Below are positions 1 to 12,198 of a DNA stretch of 64,000 nucleotides, piece by piece; within the stretch, counting starts at the first letter, position 1; every line of letters begins with the position of its first letter. Source of the stretch: Camelus dromedarius (taxonomy: Eukaryota); NCBI RefSeq assembly GCF_036321535.1, contig NC_087437.1, positions 27,158,001 to 27,222,000 of the forward strand, given 5' to 3'. Under the pieces are notes generated by a model. The model saw only the letters and a program-made list of their open reading frames with translations. It made no database searches and was not told where the DNA came from. The position numbers and the translations under genes were made by a program.

Positions 1-328
1 GAAATTACACGGAGCTAGATAACAATGGAAAGTAAAAGTATAAAGTTTGGTTGCCTGAAACTTTATTCTCCTTTGTTAAGTTTCTAGAAACATGTCTGAA
101 TTGGGAGTTGGGAAGTCTTCATTCTAGAATCATTGCTGCCTGTAATGCTTAACTGTGTGACTGTTGACCCCTCACTTTCTCTCTTTGGACTGAAAAAAAA
201 AAAACCTAACATTTTATGCTTGTGGAATAGCTTGATTCTACTGTCTGCACCTTTATGGTCTTTTAATTATAGCTTTACCCTTTGGTACCTTGTTGACCAG
301 TTGTTCCTAATTTCTTCTGTCGTGTAAC
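1..328 (-). mobile_element. Probable ERV LTR 5' portion (truncated by window edge)
   Basis: Minus strand begins TGTTACACGACAGAAG... with LTR-like composition; family not identified. Confidence 0.35.
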
Positions 329-1217
329 AAGGAGCGTTAGGTATGGCCACGAAGGGATGGTGACAAGCTAGGCTACTTTATGCACAGAACACGTTGCCTG
401 GGTGTCTGCGTGCACTGGACAGCCACACCTGGACAGCTCTGTCCCGGAAGGTCAAAGTCCACCTGCTCCTGGATCCTAGTTTCACCTCCACAGATTCCTC
501 CATAAACTGGCTTGAAGTGTGACTTTCCTAGTGACAAAAATTGTGGTTTTTATTCATTTACCAAACATGGTTTAAACATCTTCTTCTGTTCAAGGCACTG
601 CTTCTTTACCTTTATATGAAGAATAGTCTTGAAGATAAGTTACTTTAGCTATTCCTTAACCATCAGAACTCTATCCTGGCTGAAAACTCAGCCCTGCTTC
701 TCACCTAAAAAGCAGAAACTTCTCCAAAGCCATCACTCCCACCTGGTGCTTCTCTGATGCCATTGGGCCACTAATGTAAGCAGTCTTCAATCCTCACCGA
801 GCATTCGGGGCTAAAATTGTGAACTCCTTTGAGAGTTTAGGGACAGGACTGATAGAGTGGGTCACCTTGGTTCAAACCCAGCACTCTGGACATCAGCTTT
901 AGCCAAGCCTCTTCCTTCTGATTCTGTAAAACAGGAGAAATACTCTCCTTCCATCAGCGTTGGCACCAGCAGGCAGAAAGAGCCCCTCCAAGGAGACCTG
1001 GCACAACAGTGACACTCCATGGTTCAGAGAAGGGAGTCTGGATCCCCGTGCTGCCTCTGACCCGTGCCATGACCTTGGATGAATGACTGTGTCTTCCTGT
1101 GGAAACAGTGAGCGCTCCAAGCCCAGGGTAGTGTACCTGCACACAGTAGGTTTCCAATAAACACATATTGTATATTCCACTCAGAAGATGAAGCATGACA
1201 GTCATTTTTGGAAAATA

Positions 1218-1223
1218 TTTATT
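1218..1223 (-). terminator. Distal polyadenylation signal AATAAA
   Basis: Plus-strand TTTATT, flanked by a U-rich upstream element and TG/T-rich downstream sequence on the minus strand. Confidence 0.8.
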
Positions 1224-1651
1224 AAAAAACTAAAGTGAATGTGGCAAAAAAACAAACAAAAAAACCAACCCAACACATACCTTTAAATAGCAAGCATATG
1301 ACACTGGTTATAAAGCTTTTCCAACTCTACTGATCTAGTCTTTCTCACCAACTAAGTCCAGAAGGGCCTCCGAGGGAAGCCACGTGTAAACAGGTGATCT
1401 GCACTAGTGATGAGCAAAAACTGCGTGAGAACTATCGACGGCCATCTGACTTGCTTCCCTAGGCAACCCACCCCGAACACAAGAGAGTGACCAAATCTCA
1501 GGAGTGTGTTCACAGGGATCTGTAATTCTAGGTTTAATCTGGGGGGCGGGGGGGGGGGCAGGGCGGAGGAAATAGTAGAAAGACAGACAGTATCAGTAGA
1601 GGGCAATCTTAGAGCACCTTTAAAATCTGGACCCTTCTCCACAGTTTAACC

Positions 1652-1791
1652 CAGTGAGTCTCAAATGTGACTGTTGAGGAGAATCACCTGATGAGATTGT
1701 TAAATTTGCAGGTGCCCCCAAATGTATGTTGAAGCTGAGCACGCAAGTGATTCTACGCCTACTGGTTAGCCATCTGGTTTGAGAAACACTG
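1652..1791. mobile_element. MER5-like hAT-Charlie MITE inside the SIAH2 3' UTR
   Basis: TIRs CAGTGAGTCTCAAA / TTTGAGAAACACTG; internal GAATCACCTG...TTGTTAAA...GTGATTCT motifs typical of MER5. Confidence 0.7.
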
Positions 1792-2222
1792 TTTAAAATG
1801 TGTTAAAAACCATTCCTACCCCCTAAACATGAGATAAGAGTACAGTCAACGAATCTGGCGATAGTCACTGTGCTGTTGCCAGCTTGGAGGGACCAGGTAC
1901 AGGGAGGCAGGCAGGAAGGAGCCTCCAACTCCTAACGTTCTGGTCTCTAGGGGCCTGAGCCACCGGTCAGGTGCGGGAAGTAAATAAAATGTAATTAATA
2001 AAGTCGATTTTGGATCACAGAGTGACCTCCAAATGACTAACCGGCCAATCCCATCCATCCCAGTTTAATGAACTTCGTTGGGCTGGTGCCAGATGGGACA
2101 CTGCTGTTTAAACAGAACACGGGGTAACCGTGGGTCTTGACTGGTGAAGACATAGTGAATAAAACCTCTATAAAAACCTTTATTAACACATAAGAGTGCT
2201 ACGCCCAGATAATTTCGGTGCA

Positions 2223-2780
2223 TCACGGACAACACGTAGAAATAGTCACATTGATTCCAAGGTTCCCATTATCTGCAAAAAGATGGGCTATGGCCGTGTC
2301 AAAAACCAGGCAGTCGCTGTTCATGATGGCCGCGGACACGCCGTCATGGATGGACCGGGGCGTGGCCTCCCAGGTCAGTCTCCTCCGGTTCCCATTCAGC
2401 TCCAGTCTGTAGGCAAAGTTCTCCGCCTGCTTGCGGGTGCCGATGAGCAAAACGATGGCAAAGAACTGCTGGTGGCCCTCATACTTCTCTTGTTTCTCCA
2501 GAACCAGCATGAAGTGATGGCCGAAACATGACTGCATCATCACCCAGTCGACAGCCCCTGGCAGGTTAATGTCTGTGGCCAGAAAGACGATGTCTTCTCC
2601 CTGAAGGGTGGTAATGCTCTTGTGGGCGTGCATGAGATGGGACATCACGGCTTCCAGGGACCCCTGCCATTTGCAGGACGCACCGGGACAAGGGCATGAG
2701 TAGGGACGGTATTCACAGATGTCTTCATGCTCCGGCTTCTCCGTGTGGTGCAGGGTCAGAGAACAGCCCGTGGTGGCATA
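2223..2780 (-). CDS. SIAH2: SIAH2 coding exon 2 (aa 140-324; SIAH zinc fingers and substrate-binding domain)
   Basis: Acceptor is TGTGTTTCTTCCTGTCCCCGCAG|TATGCC. Encodes [36 protein letters not shown]...[11 protein letters not shown] then TGA at 2225-2223. Total 139+185=324 aa, the known SIAH2 length. Confidence 0.98.
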   Translation of the reverse strand, partial: YATTGCSLTLHHTEKPEHEDICEYRPYSCPCPGASCKWQGSLEAVMSHLMHAHKSITTLQGEDIVFLATDINLPGAVDWVMMQSCFGHHFMLVLEKQEKYEGHQQFFAIVLLIGTRKQAENFAYRLELNGNRRRLTWEATPRSIHDGVSAAIMNSDCLVFDTAIAHLFADNGNLGINVTISTCCP

Positions 2781-5700
2781 CTGCGGGGACAGGAAGAAAC
2801 ACAGTGAGACCTGGGACCTTCTCCAAACCTCTGTGGGTGGGTGCAGACCGCTAAGAGTATCCACCCACCCAGGTCTCCGAGACTTAAACTTTATTCTCAT
2901 TTCAATGACTTTTGCTCCAGATGAGTTAAGTATTGAAGACTGAAAGTCTCGGTGCTTGTTCATCATCCATACTGCCGTGCGCGACATCAGAGGCACATCC
3001 TAAACCAGGAGTGAACTGCATTCCTGCCCGCATTCCAGCACTCTTAAAAACACGAGAACTCAAGCATTCTTACTAGAAACGTCTCCAACAAAATTGTGGC
3101 ACCGGCCCTAGAAAACCTGGCCTTTCCCTTATTTTCTGTGAATTTAAAGAATTTTAAAGGGAATTTAGATTTGCTAGGGGTAAGGCAAAGGATATATGGT
3201 ATCTGGTTTTCGCCTATGGGCGGTTCTGCAGATAGTGTGACTCCTCTCCATCGCCCCCCTCTACTTCTTGGTTCAAATTGTGACCAGCAGGCAGGCTGTG
3301 GGAAGGCTGCCCTGGGGTCCCTGCTCTTGCTGCTAGAGTGACCGGCCCAGGTCAGGGGAGGGCTGGAGACCCCTCACACTGCTAGAAATATGACCTCCCC
3401 TTCCTTACCTTTTATCCTCCCTGACCCTGAGGGGTGGGGTGGCAAAGAACTGCTGGTGGCCCCAAATGTATGCTCTGAACGTACCCTTTGGGAGAAAGGA
3501 AATCACATCCAACAACTAGTTAACTTGGGAGACTGCTGATCCAGTGTGGTTCCAGTCATTGGAGGTAAAAATGAGAAGGGCCTCACCCTCCTCAAAGCCT
3601 GAGGGACTTCCCCCAGGCCCCTTCCTCAAGTCCACATGGACATCTCTTCATGACCAGGCACGTCAGGCCGTTGGGACAGGCCCAGGGGGAAGGAGAACTA
3701 AAGTGGGTCCTGGAGTGGGCACCTGTCCTAGATGGGTTTTCTGACAGTCTGTCCCTCAAATGCTGCCTTCATAGGGTGGGAACAAAATTTTTTTCTCCCT
3801 TGTGCTTAAGATGACATTCCTGATGGATAAATCACATCTGTCATGAGAAAAGACCGTACCAGAAGGAATTAGACTTCTGCACCCAACCTTCATGAGAATG
3901 ACCATGTTAATTCCCAGACACCAGATGGAGAATCAGCCCACGAGTAGGCACTTGCCCAGAGTATTACGCTGTTGTTCTGCAAAGAATAAGGAAACCTAAA
4001 TGACCTTTTCAGGTGAAACCAGAAGTTAACTTCATGCCCCTCGAGCCCAGAGTGGCAGGTACAGTTTGGGTTCCCCCACCCTCAGCTGAGACACAAAGAC
4101 ACCAGATGAGGGCAGGGCCATGTCATTTTTCTAAGATGCTGTGTCCAGTGCTAACACAACAAAACAAAAGAAAACCTCACAGCCGTTTTTGCTTCTCCCT
4201 ACCCTGCCTTAGGGAATAAACCCCTTATAAACTTTAAGTAGGTCAAGTTCTAATCTTTCCAGCTGAATTCATCACTGGCAACGCGCAGGCACCGGGCACC
4301 TTCTCTTTATGAGACCCTAAGTTGTAGTCCCAGATAAGCTGTAGTCACGGAGCAGATACAGAGCAGAGATGGCAGTCAGCACCCTTAGGGAGCGGAGTCT
4401 CCCCTAGTAAGGAAGAAGAGGGTGGCTTAAAGAGAGAAATGCAGCTCCTCCCTCCTCAGTACCTCAACTGAATTATAATGGGCTTCAGTGGAAATTGGCA
4501 GAAATAGTTCACTGTTACTTACTTTGCCCATAGGAATTGCTGATTCATCTTTTAAAACCATGGACTAATTTGAAAAGCATGGGCATAAAAATGTAATCAG
4601 AAGGAGAAACAAATTTATTTATCCATATATATTTATAGTTTGTGTTCCTAACAGTGTAAGGCCCTGAAAGACAAATCTCTATTACCTGTGTTTTAAATCT
4701 AGGGTGAGGCTCGGAATACAGAGCCTTCTGAGGATGTTCTTCTGTGAGTGATGGGTGAGGCATTTCTGCGGAGTGTTTAAAACACTCATCCACACATAAA
4801 TAGCAGGAATTAGTCCAGAGCCTGGCAGATTTCCTGGCTGAAACAAGCCCTTAATATTTGGATCTGCAGACCTTTCAGAATGGGCTGTTTACCACAGCTG
4901 CCCAGGAATAATTCCAGGAACGAGATGAACTTTGGCACAGAGCGTTCAGAAAAGTACCACCTGCACCTCCTCCCCAACCCAAAGCCCCAAACCAGTCCAT
5001 GTTCACGAACTCAAATGTATGGCAAATATCATCTAGCAATCATTTTAGAACTTTCTTGTGTAACTCAGGTAGAAATATTTACGTTCAGAATTACTGGTTT
5101 GCCTTACAAGTCACACACGCTTCCTTCAGCCCAAATACCGAGAACAGGGGACCTCCCCAGATTACACAAATAGGAAAGGCATTACTTAGCATCTGTGTGG
5201 ACAGTGACCTTATGAAAAGATCTTGCTACAGCCTTTATGAACTTAAACAAATAGAATTTTAAAGTGTGATGTGCTTACTCTGCTTTTTCTAAACAAGCTG
5301 AACTTTAATGCCAGTCTGTTCCTTCTCTTTTCCATCATGGGTGAGGGCGTGTCTTCATGACCACTGGCACCACTGTTATGACAACTGGATTAGAGACGAT
5401 CTCTAAAAAGAAAAGATCTAAACTTTAAACATGCGTGTGCTCACACACACATACACATGCACTTGTGTACCACATGCCTCACACTTGTGACAACAGTCTT
5501 GCCATTGTTCTGGAATGATGTTCTTGTTACCTACATTAGGGGCACTCTTCCGGGGATCAGAGGGCAGGCTTCAGGGTGTATGAACTGACTAGGTACCTCT
5601 GAGCAGTAAACCCAAATCGTGCTGGTCCCTGGGCTTGTGTTCTCCTGGTGAGCAGTCGGGGTTTCTCAGGGCTGCCAACCTCTGCTGGAGGGAATCAGCT

Positions 5701-6009
5701 GCAGATGCCCATGTGGTGTTTGCTGTCGGGGTTGGGAGGACATACCATGCACCCATAAACAGCTCAAGTACATCAGAAACACAGGTGACTACGCAAAGGA
5801 AGACCAGGGGGTATGCCACAGGTGATTTCAAAGTAGGGACAGACTGAGGAAGCGGGAGTAAGGAAAGCTTCACTGTGGACAAAGTGGATTGTGGATGGAG
5901 TAGTTCCATCCGGCCTGAGCACAGGCTGAGTGGAGCAGACAGTGGTGATAAAACCTAAATGAGCAGGCGGGTCCAGGTTCCGTCGGGGCCTTCACCGACA
6001 ATTTATTTT

Positions 6010-6234
6010 CAGGGTCTCTCTACAGCAGCACTGTTGATAAACAAAGACCAGCTAAGTCTTGGTGTGGGGGGTTCTGCCCTGCACTGGATGATGTTTACTA
6101 GAATCCCTGGCCTCTACCCACCAAATGCCAGCATCTTCTCCCCGCCCCCAACGCAGTGCAACCACACACGTCACGGGCACGGCCAAGGCCAAATGTCTCC
6201 CGGGTGGCAAAATCACCCCAGTTGAGAGCCGCTG
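6010..6234 (+). mobile_element. MER20 hAT-Charlie element
   Basis: ATCCCTGGCCTCTACCCACCAAATGCCAGCA and GGCAAAATCACCCCAGTTGAGAGCCGCTG match the recalled MER20 consensus; length ~225 bp. Confidence 0.8.
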
Positions 6235-7909
6235 ATGTCAACGAATGACAAAACCTGGCTGGGCAGCGCACTTACAGCTTTGAAAAGGGGCCGCACGTCC
6301 TCTAGGAAGCAAGTCTGCTTGGTCACCACCCTGCCCCATGGGTGCTACCCAGGGTAGCTCAGGAACACAGCCCTGACACCCAGCCCTGATTGCACAGCAC
6401 GGAGGGAGGCTGGGGCACTGGTTCCACCCGTTTCACAGACCCACTGACTCATCCCGGCCACGTGGTCATCCGTGGCCACACCAGGGTCAGAGCCCTGCGT
6501 TTCCTGATCCTCCGCTGCTATTTCTCTGCACAGGACAGTTTAGGAATCAAAGAACCAATCTTTCGAGAAAAAGAAACAATTTCCATCTGCCTTGACCATC
6601 CCTTTCCTGCCACACCCCCAACCCAACACACACAAAAACCCAGGGTCCGCAAATACACTGCTTCTGAAAGCGGGTTCGGTGATTAACTTTTTCCTTGGTT
6701 TGCAAGGGGAAAAACAGCCCTGGAAGCAGCCCTCCCTAAGGAGTGGGGCGGCAGTATCGCACAAACAAGTACCCAGTAATTGGGCCCTCCCAGCCTTCTC
6801 TGGCATCTGGCGAGGAAGTCCTGAGGTTTCACTTTTCACACTCTGGCTGGGGCCTGCCCACCAGACGGGAGGGTTCAGACTGGGATGCCTGTTTTCCTTC
6901 AGATGCCCGGGTTCTTCCCTGCGTACTCTTGTTCCCAAGGTAAAGCACCTGGGCCGCTTTGCAGAGGGCTGCCTGCGGCCTGGGACACGTCCATTGTTAC
7001 AAACGAGATTTTTCCACCGGGAAATACCTGCTCGTTTCCCCCGGCGCTGGGGTGGGGTTTACTTTAAGCAGACCTCTCTTGGGGGGAGCCAGCCAAGACA
7101 CGGCCACACACAGAAGCCCAAAGCTAGACAAGAACGTGGGGAGTGGGGAGATGGCCCAGCAGAGTGACAAACAAAACCATGTTGAAATAACCTCTCTGAC
7201 TTCTTTTTAGAAACTTTTCACATTGCAGTGGCTCAAAAGTCCTGTGCAAACATGTTCTGCCGTAAAGAGTGTGTGACCTGGTGCATTTTGAAAGCTTTGC
7301 AGAAAGCAATAAATAGTGCCAATTCTTTTCCTGAACATGGGGTTTGAAGGTTGTTTTATTTAAGCTGGAATTTTGAAAAGGTTTTTCTCTTTTTGGCATT
7401 GAAACCCCTTTAAACACAAACACGACGTGGTACGTCAGAAACAGTCAAATACTAGACACCTGTTATTTGCCTAAGAAACAGACACATTGTATTTTTTTAC
7501 ATAATGAGTATATAAACAGAATTCTTAGCCTGGGTGCTAGTGAAGGTCATGGATCCTGTGACTGGTTTAGAATGAGTCTTTTAACCTCTTTAATTAAATA
7601 TGAGTCCATGCAATTCAAGAACAATTTGGTGAACTCCAACAATCAACAGTCTAGGACAATGGAGGCGCCAGGAACAGAAGCATGTCCCTCACGAGGACTG
7701 TGCAGGAACCACCCTGCCTCCACCTGCCTACCTCCTAGGAAACGGGGACATTTATTAGCAAACTATCTGCCAGCACCTCAAATGAGAATGTCTCAGGGAA
7801 AACAAAGCACAATAGGTATTTTGTTGTTGATGCTTATAAACTTTTTTGAATTAAATACAAGAAATGACCTTGTCTTGGAGTAAGCCAAAGCAAACTGCAC
7901 TTTCTTTCA

Positions 7910-8320
7910 ATGTAAATAAGCAGTAATCATCACAGGATGCACACTGACGGCCAGATGCAATATATGACCCTGGACTGCAAAACCAGAATTGCTACAAAGG
8001 GCATTACTGGGGCAGCCACTGAAATTTGAATATGGATTGAAGATTAGATAGGAATATCTGCTGCATATCACATTTCCTGATTTTGGTAACTTACCATAAT
8101 TACATAGGGAAGTGTCCTTTTGTTTTAAAAGAGAAACAGCGGCAAGAGAAACAGCGGCGTATGTATGGGTAAAAGGGCAGGATGCTTACAATTTCCACTC
8201 CATTTATACATTTATATGTATAAATGGAGAGAACACAAAAGATAAAGTGGGGCAAAAGGAAGCAACTGGTGAATCTGGATAAAGGGCATATGTGAATTTG
8301 TTGTACTATTACAAGTGTTG
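7910..8320 (+). mobile_element. Old L1 (L1M-type) 3' fragment
   Basis: GAAATTTGAATATGGATTG...AAAGGGCATATGTGAATTTGTTGTACTATT resembles L1ME/L1MD 3' ends. Confidence 0.55.
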
Positions 8321-8330
8321 TATACATTTT

Positions 8331-8526
8331 TTTAAACTTTTTTTATTGAGTTATAGTCATTTTACAATGTGTCAAATTCCAGTGTAGAGCACAATTTTTC
8401 AGTTATACATGAATGTACATATATTCATTGTCACATTGTTTCGCTGTGAGCTACCACAAGATCTTGTATATATTTCCCTGTGCTATACAGTGTAATCTTG
8501 TTTATCTATTCTGCATATGCCTGTCA
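8331..8526 (-). mobile_element. Young L1 3' end with 11-bp TSD
   Basis: Poly-T, then TTATTGAGTTATAGTCATTTTACAATG...TTTCCCTGTGCTATACAG. TSD GTATACATTTT at 8320-8330 and 8527-8537. Confidence 0.85.
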
Positions 8527-9263
8527 GTATACATTTTAAATCATGTAAAAAACACATTAAAGAATCCAAGGACTAAGCACACTTATCCTTCATGAGATAG
8601 AGATTCCTTTTGCAGAGCTGGTTGAATGAATTAAGTTTTACCATAATAGTGTTATTTTTTAAAAGAAAATATACTTTTAACGATATATTTACATGTAAAT
8701 GCAACTAATAATAGAACCTCTTGGGGCTCATTTTAGTGAACCAATAAAATTTTGCAGTGTAGACATCAATTGTTATAATTATCAACACTTCTCAGACACC
8801 TATAGAAGACAAAACCTTCTCCATTCCTCCTTCTAAAGGTCTGTGGGGCACCTGAGCAATCTATAGCCCTGGACTACAGTTTCCAGTTTCATTATCCACC
8901 ACTCTCAGTGGTCCAAGGGAAACTCCTATTTGATTCCAGATGACCTGAGAGAGGAGCTCTAGGAATGAACCTTACCCACACCTGCTTTTTTCCTGTACAG
9001 GTAAACCTCTTTTAGCACTGGGAAAGTGAATGGAGTCAGAGTTAGATGAGTTCAATGGGAAGGATGGATTCCTGGCAGTGTAGCTTATTACGTATGATCA
9101 GTAGATAATAAGAGGCTATTGGTTGAAGTTTCTATTTTCTCAACATCCTTTAGACTTGTTCAAATGGGATTTGTGCCTAAACCTAGTCTAGACCCATGTT
9201 GTGGTTAAAACTTACATTTTAGTCCATCAACAGATGAATGGATAAAGAAAATGGGGTGGAGAG

Positions 9264-9267
<4 letters not shown>

Positions 9268-9321
<54 letters not shown>
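9268..9321. repeat. (AC)27 microsatellite
   Basis: Perfect dinucleotide run. Confidence 0.95.
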
Positions 9322-9323
<2 letters not shown>

Positions 9324-9610
9324 TGGAATGCTACTTGGCCATAAAAAAGAATGAAATAATGCTATTTGCTGCAACATGGATGGACCTATAGATTATGAAG
9401 TATGAGTAAACTAAGTGAAGACAAAGACAAATATCATATGATATCACTTATATGTGGAAGCTAAAAATGATACAAATGAATTTATTTACAAAACAGAAAC
9501 AGATTCACAGACATAGAAAACAAATTTATGGTTACCAAAGGAGAAAGGGTGGGCAGTGATAAATTAGGAGTTTGAGATTAGCAGATACAAACTACCCTAT
9601 ATAATAATAG

Positions 9611-9772
9611 GGTGGGGGAGGGTATAGCTCAAGTGGTAGAGTGCATGCTTAGCATGCATGAGGTCCTAGGTTTAATCCTCAGTACCTCCTCTAAAAATAA
9701 ACAAACCTAATTACCTTCCAACCCCCGCCAAAATATTTAAATAATACAATAATAAATAAAACATTTAAAAAA
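9611..9772 (+). mobile_element. tRNA-derived SINE (vic-1-like), nested in L1
   Basis: GGGGGAGGGTATAGCTCAAGTGGTAGAGTGCATGCTTAGCATGCATGAGGTCCTAGGTTTAATCC (A/B-box tRNA head) plus A-rich tail. TSD TATATAATAATAG / TATATAGTAGTAG. Confidence 0.85.
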
Positions 9773-11526
9773 TATATAGTAGTAGATAAACAACAAAGTC
9801 CTACTGCATAGTACAGGGAACTATATTCAGTATCTTGTAATAACATATAATGCAAAAGAATATGAAAAAGTATATATGTATATGCATCACTGAATCACTA
9901 TGCTGTACACCAGAAACTAATACAACATTGCAAATCAACTATACTTCAATTAAAAAAAATGTACATTTTAAACTAGTAGTTACACTTAAGTTTTACCACT
10001 TTCTAAAGCGACTTTTAACAATCCAAGCTAGCTCTTTTGTGACTAAAAATGTTTTTAATCTATTCCCAAAATATCACTGAATGATTATAGGTTATTTTCC
10101 GATTAATTTATGGATCTATTAACTTTGTTCATTCACTTACTGATTTATTGCCTGCTTCCTGCCCATCCAGTATTTGTTGGTACATGAATAAATACTAGGT
10201 TTATCTGCAGAGGATGGCTGTTCTCCACCATGTTAATTTTACTTTAATTAAAAGTCTTACTGTGGAACTGTGGATTAAAAAAAAATTCAATAGACCCTGA
10301 GATCATCTAAGGAAAAACATGTATTTTAGACTTCAGTCACTCTAGGTTTGTTTTGTGATTTTTGATAAAGGCATTTCCCATACTTTATTTACATGAACTA
10401 TCTGGGTAGGGGTGTTTAGAGCTTTTCTGAAAACTTACATAGATGGGGAAACAAGGATGCTGTTGTCATTTTGATGGCTGTAGTCTCTCTTGTTTAAAAA
10501 TGTGTTTACAGTCACGGGTAGAGTAGCTGTGATTAGAACTCAAGTGCCCAGTGTCCTGTGTGACCTTGGATTGAGCCTACCAACCACGTACTGGACCTCT
10601 GAGTGGGTCTATAAAACTATAACTCAGCCCTTCACTGTCATTAACAGTGGATAAATTCAGACTTGGGCAACAGGAGAAAGTGAAGTGTCTTCTTGTGACT
10701 TAATTATAATATTCAACCTGCATCTGTGTCTAGCATCCTTCCTCTAAGAACCTTTGCGGATTTTCACTTCACTCAAATGGTAAATTCCTCACCTCTGCTA
10801 TGAGGTAGTGCAGAGTCATAATTAGCGGCTCATAGTACAGTAAGAGTTTCACAGATAATAATATGAGAAGACAGTGTCTCTCTACCTAAATTGTCACACA
10901 GTGGTCAGACTAAGAAAATATTGGTATTTGACTTCATAAACTTTCTCCTGGAAAAGGCAATGCTAGTTGAAATCTGGGGCTCAAAAATTCCTCGTTTGTG
11001 TATGAAAAGTCGACAAGCCCCATGTGACAGAGAGCTTTCTTACTAAAGGTGTTTTGGTGGAGGCCTTGTCATATTATCGCTGTCATCTGAGAACATCCTG
11101 CTATTGGGGAGGGGAGCATGTGTGCATCTGGCCTTACAAAGACTCTTTGGGCTGGCAGGGGTTTATTTTTAATCTTAGAAATGTTAAACAAAAGTTGACT
11201 TTTGACCAAGTGTACTTTCTCATCTGACCATAGCCAGAGCTAGCAGGCAACCCCACATTGTCTTGGAGAACCAGTTTTGTCAGGTCCCTTCCAAGTCTCT
11301 GTTCAAGCAAACAAAAGCACTTTAAAGTCGGAGCCAGAGTCAGAGGCTTTATGCTGGGCTAGCAGTGCTTTGCCCAGCCTTTTTCCATACACCCTTACTG
11401 TTCTGTGCCAGGCTCCCACCTACATAATCACAGTAACTGCCCTGCCTACCTTTCAAACACTGCTACATCCCTCAAGACTCTATTTCTCAACAAAAGCAAC
11501 TTAATTCACAAGATGACTGAAATGGA

Positions 11527-11665
11527 AGGGTTGCCAGATTTAGCAAATGAAAACACAAGCAGCCCAGTATATCCCAGGCAACATTTGGGTTATACTTACA
11601 CCCTCAAAGATACTTATCTGAAATTCAAATTTAACTGAGCATCCTGTATTTTACCTGGCAGCTCT
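11527..11665. mobile_element. MER53-like hAT MITE with internal deletion
   Basis: AGGGTTGCCAGATTTAGCAAAT...TATCTGAAATTCAAATTTAACTG...CCTGTATTTTACCTGGCA. Confidence 0.75.
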
Positions 11666-12198
11666 AGTAAGAGGCCCCTTCTGGTACCACTGCCATCCCT
11701 CCAGAAGCCATGATGTAAGCCTGGACTGGGAAGGAGGATCTGTTCCTCAGCAGGGTGGAGTGGGCAGCAGAAAAGGCAAGAGGTTGAGATGGAAAAGACA
11801 CCATCTGGAGATTCTGCTCCCTAGACTTACAAACTTTGGGCAAATCTCTTAGGGGGAATGCTAACCATGTCCTGTTTCCTTTACAAAGCACCTAGGAGGA
11901 TAATATGAGATTATATACCCAGTTCAGACCAGGTGAACAACATTTTCTACCAGCACTGGCCACCCACATAACCCCATCAGGATCTCCCATCCCTTCCTTC
12001 TCCGTGGGCATGCTGCTGCTCGGCCTTCTTAATGCAGCTCTGACACCACCACTAGGGAGGCCTCCAGACTCCTCTGCTCCTACAGCTTCAGAAGGGATCT
12101 GCTGGCACATCTCTCTCCACAGTTAGAGTTTTAGAAGGACGAGATAGGAGGGAAGGCGATGCTGGCTAGGTTGATGGTTTGCAGCAAGAGGGCTTGGA

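Larger units (their letters stand above)
1195..2222 (-). other. SIAH2: SIAH2 3' UTR (approximate 3' end)
   Basis: Runs from the stop codon to about 20 nt past the AATAAA at 1223-1218. A U-rich tract (plus-strand A-rich 1246-1273) lies upstream of the signal. Confidence 0.8.
9222..9955 (+). mobile_element. L1 3' end (artiodactyl-type) hosting a (CA)n tract and a SINE
   Basis: GTCCATCAACAGATGAATGGATAAAGAAA...GCAACATGGATGGACCT...CAACTATACTTCAATTAAAAA. Degenerate TSD AAAA(CT/TG)TACATTTTA. Confidence 0.9.

Noticed and set aside
2781..2996. N-terminal part of the 257-aa ORF 2223..2996
   Set aside because: Intronic read-through upstream of the CAG acceptor; SIAH homology starts at YATTG.
6592..7167. 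191-aa antisense ORF in the intron
   Set aside because: Non-ATG start, no recognisable homology or splice support.
9611..9690. tRNA-like sequence (also at 14275-14345, 22600-22670, 41008-41078)
   Set aside because: SINE heads with A-rich tails and TSDs, not functional tRNA genes.
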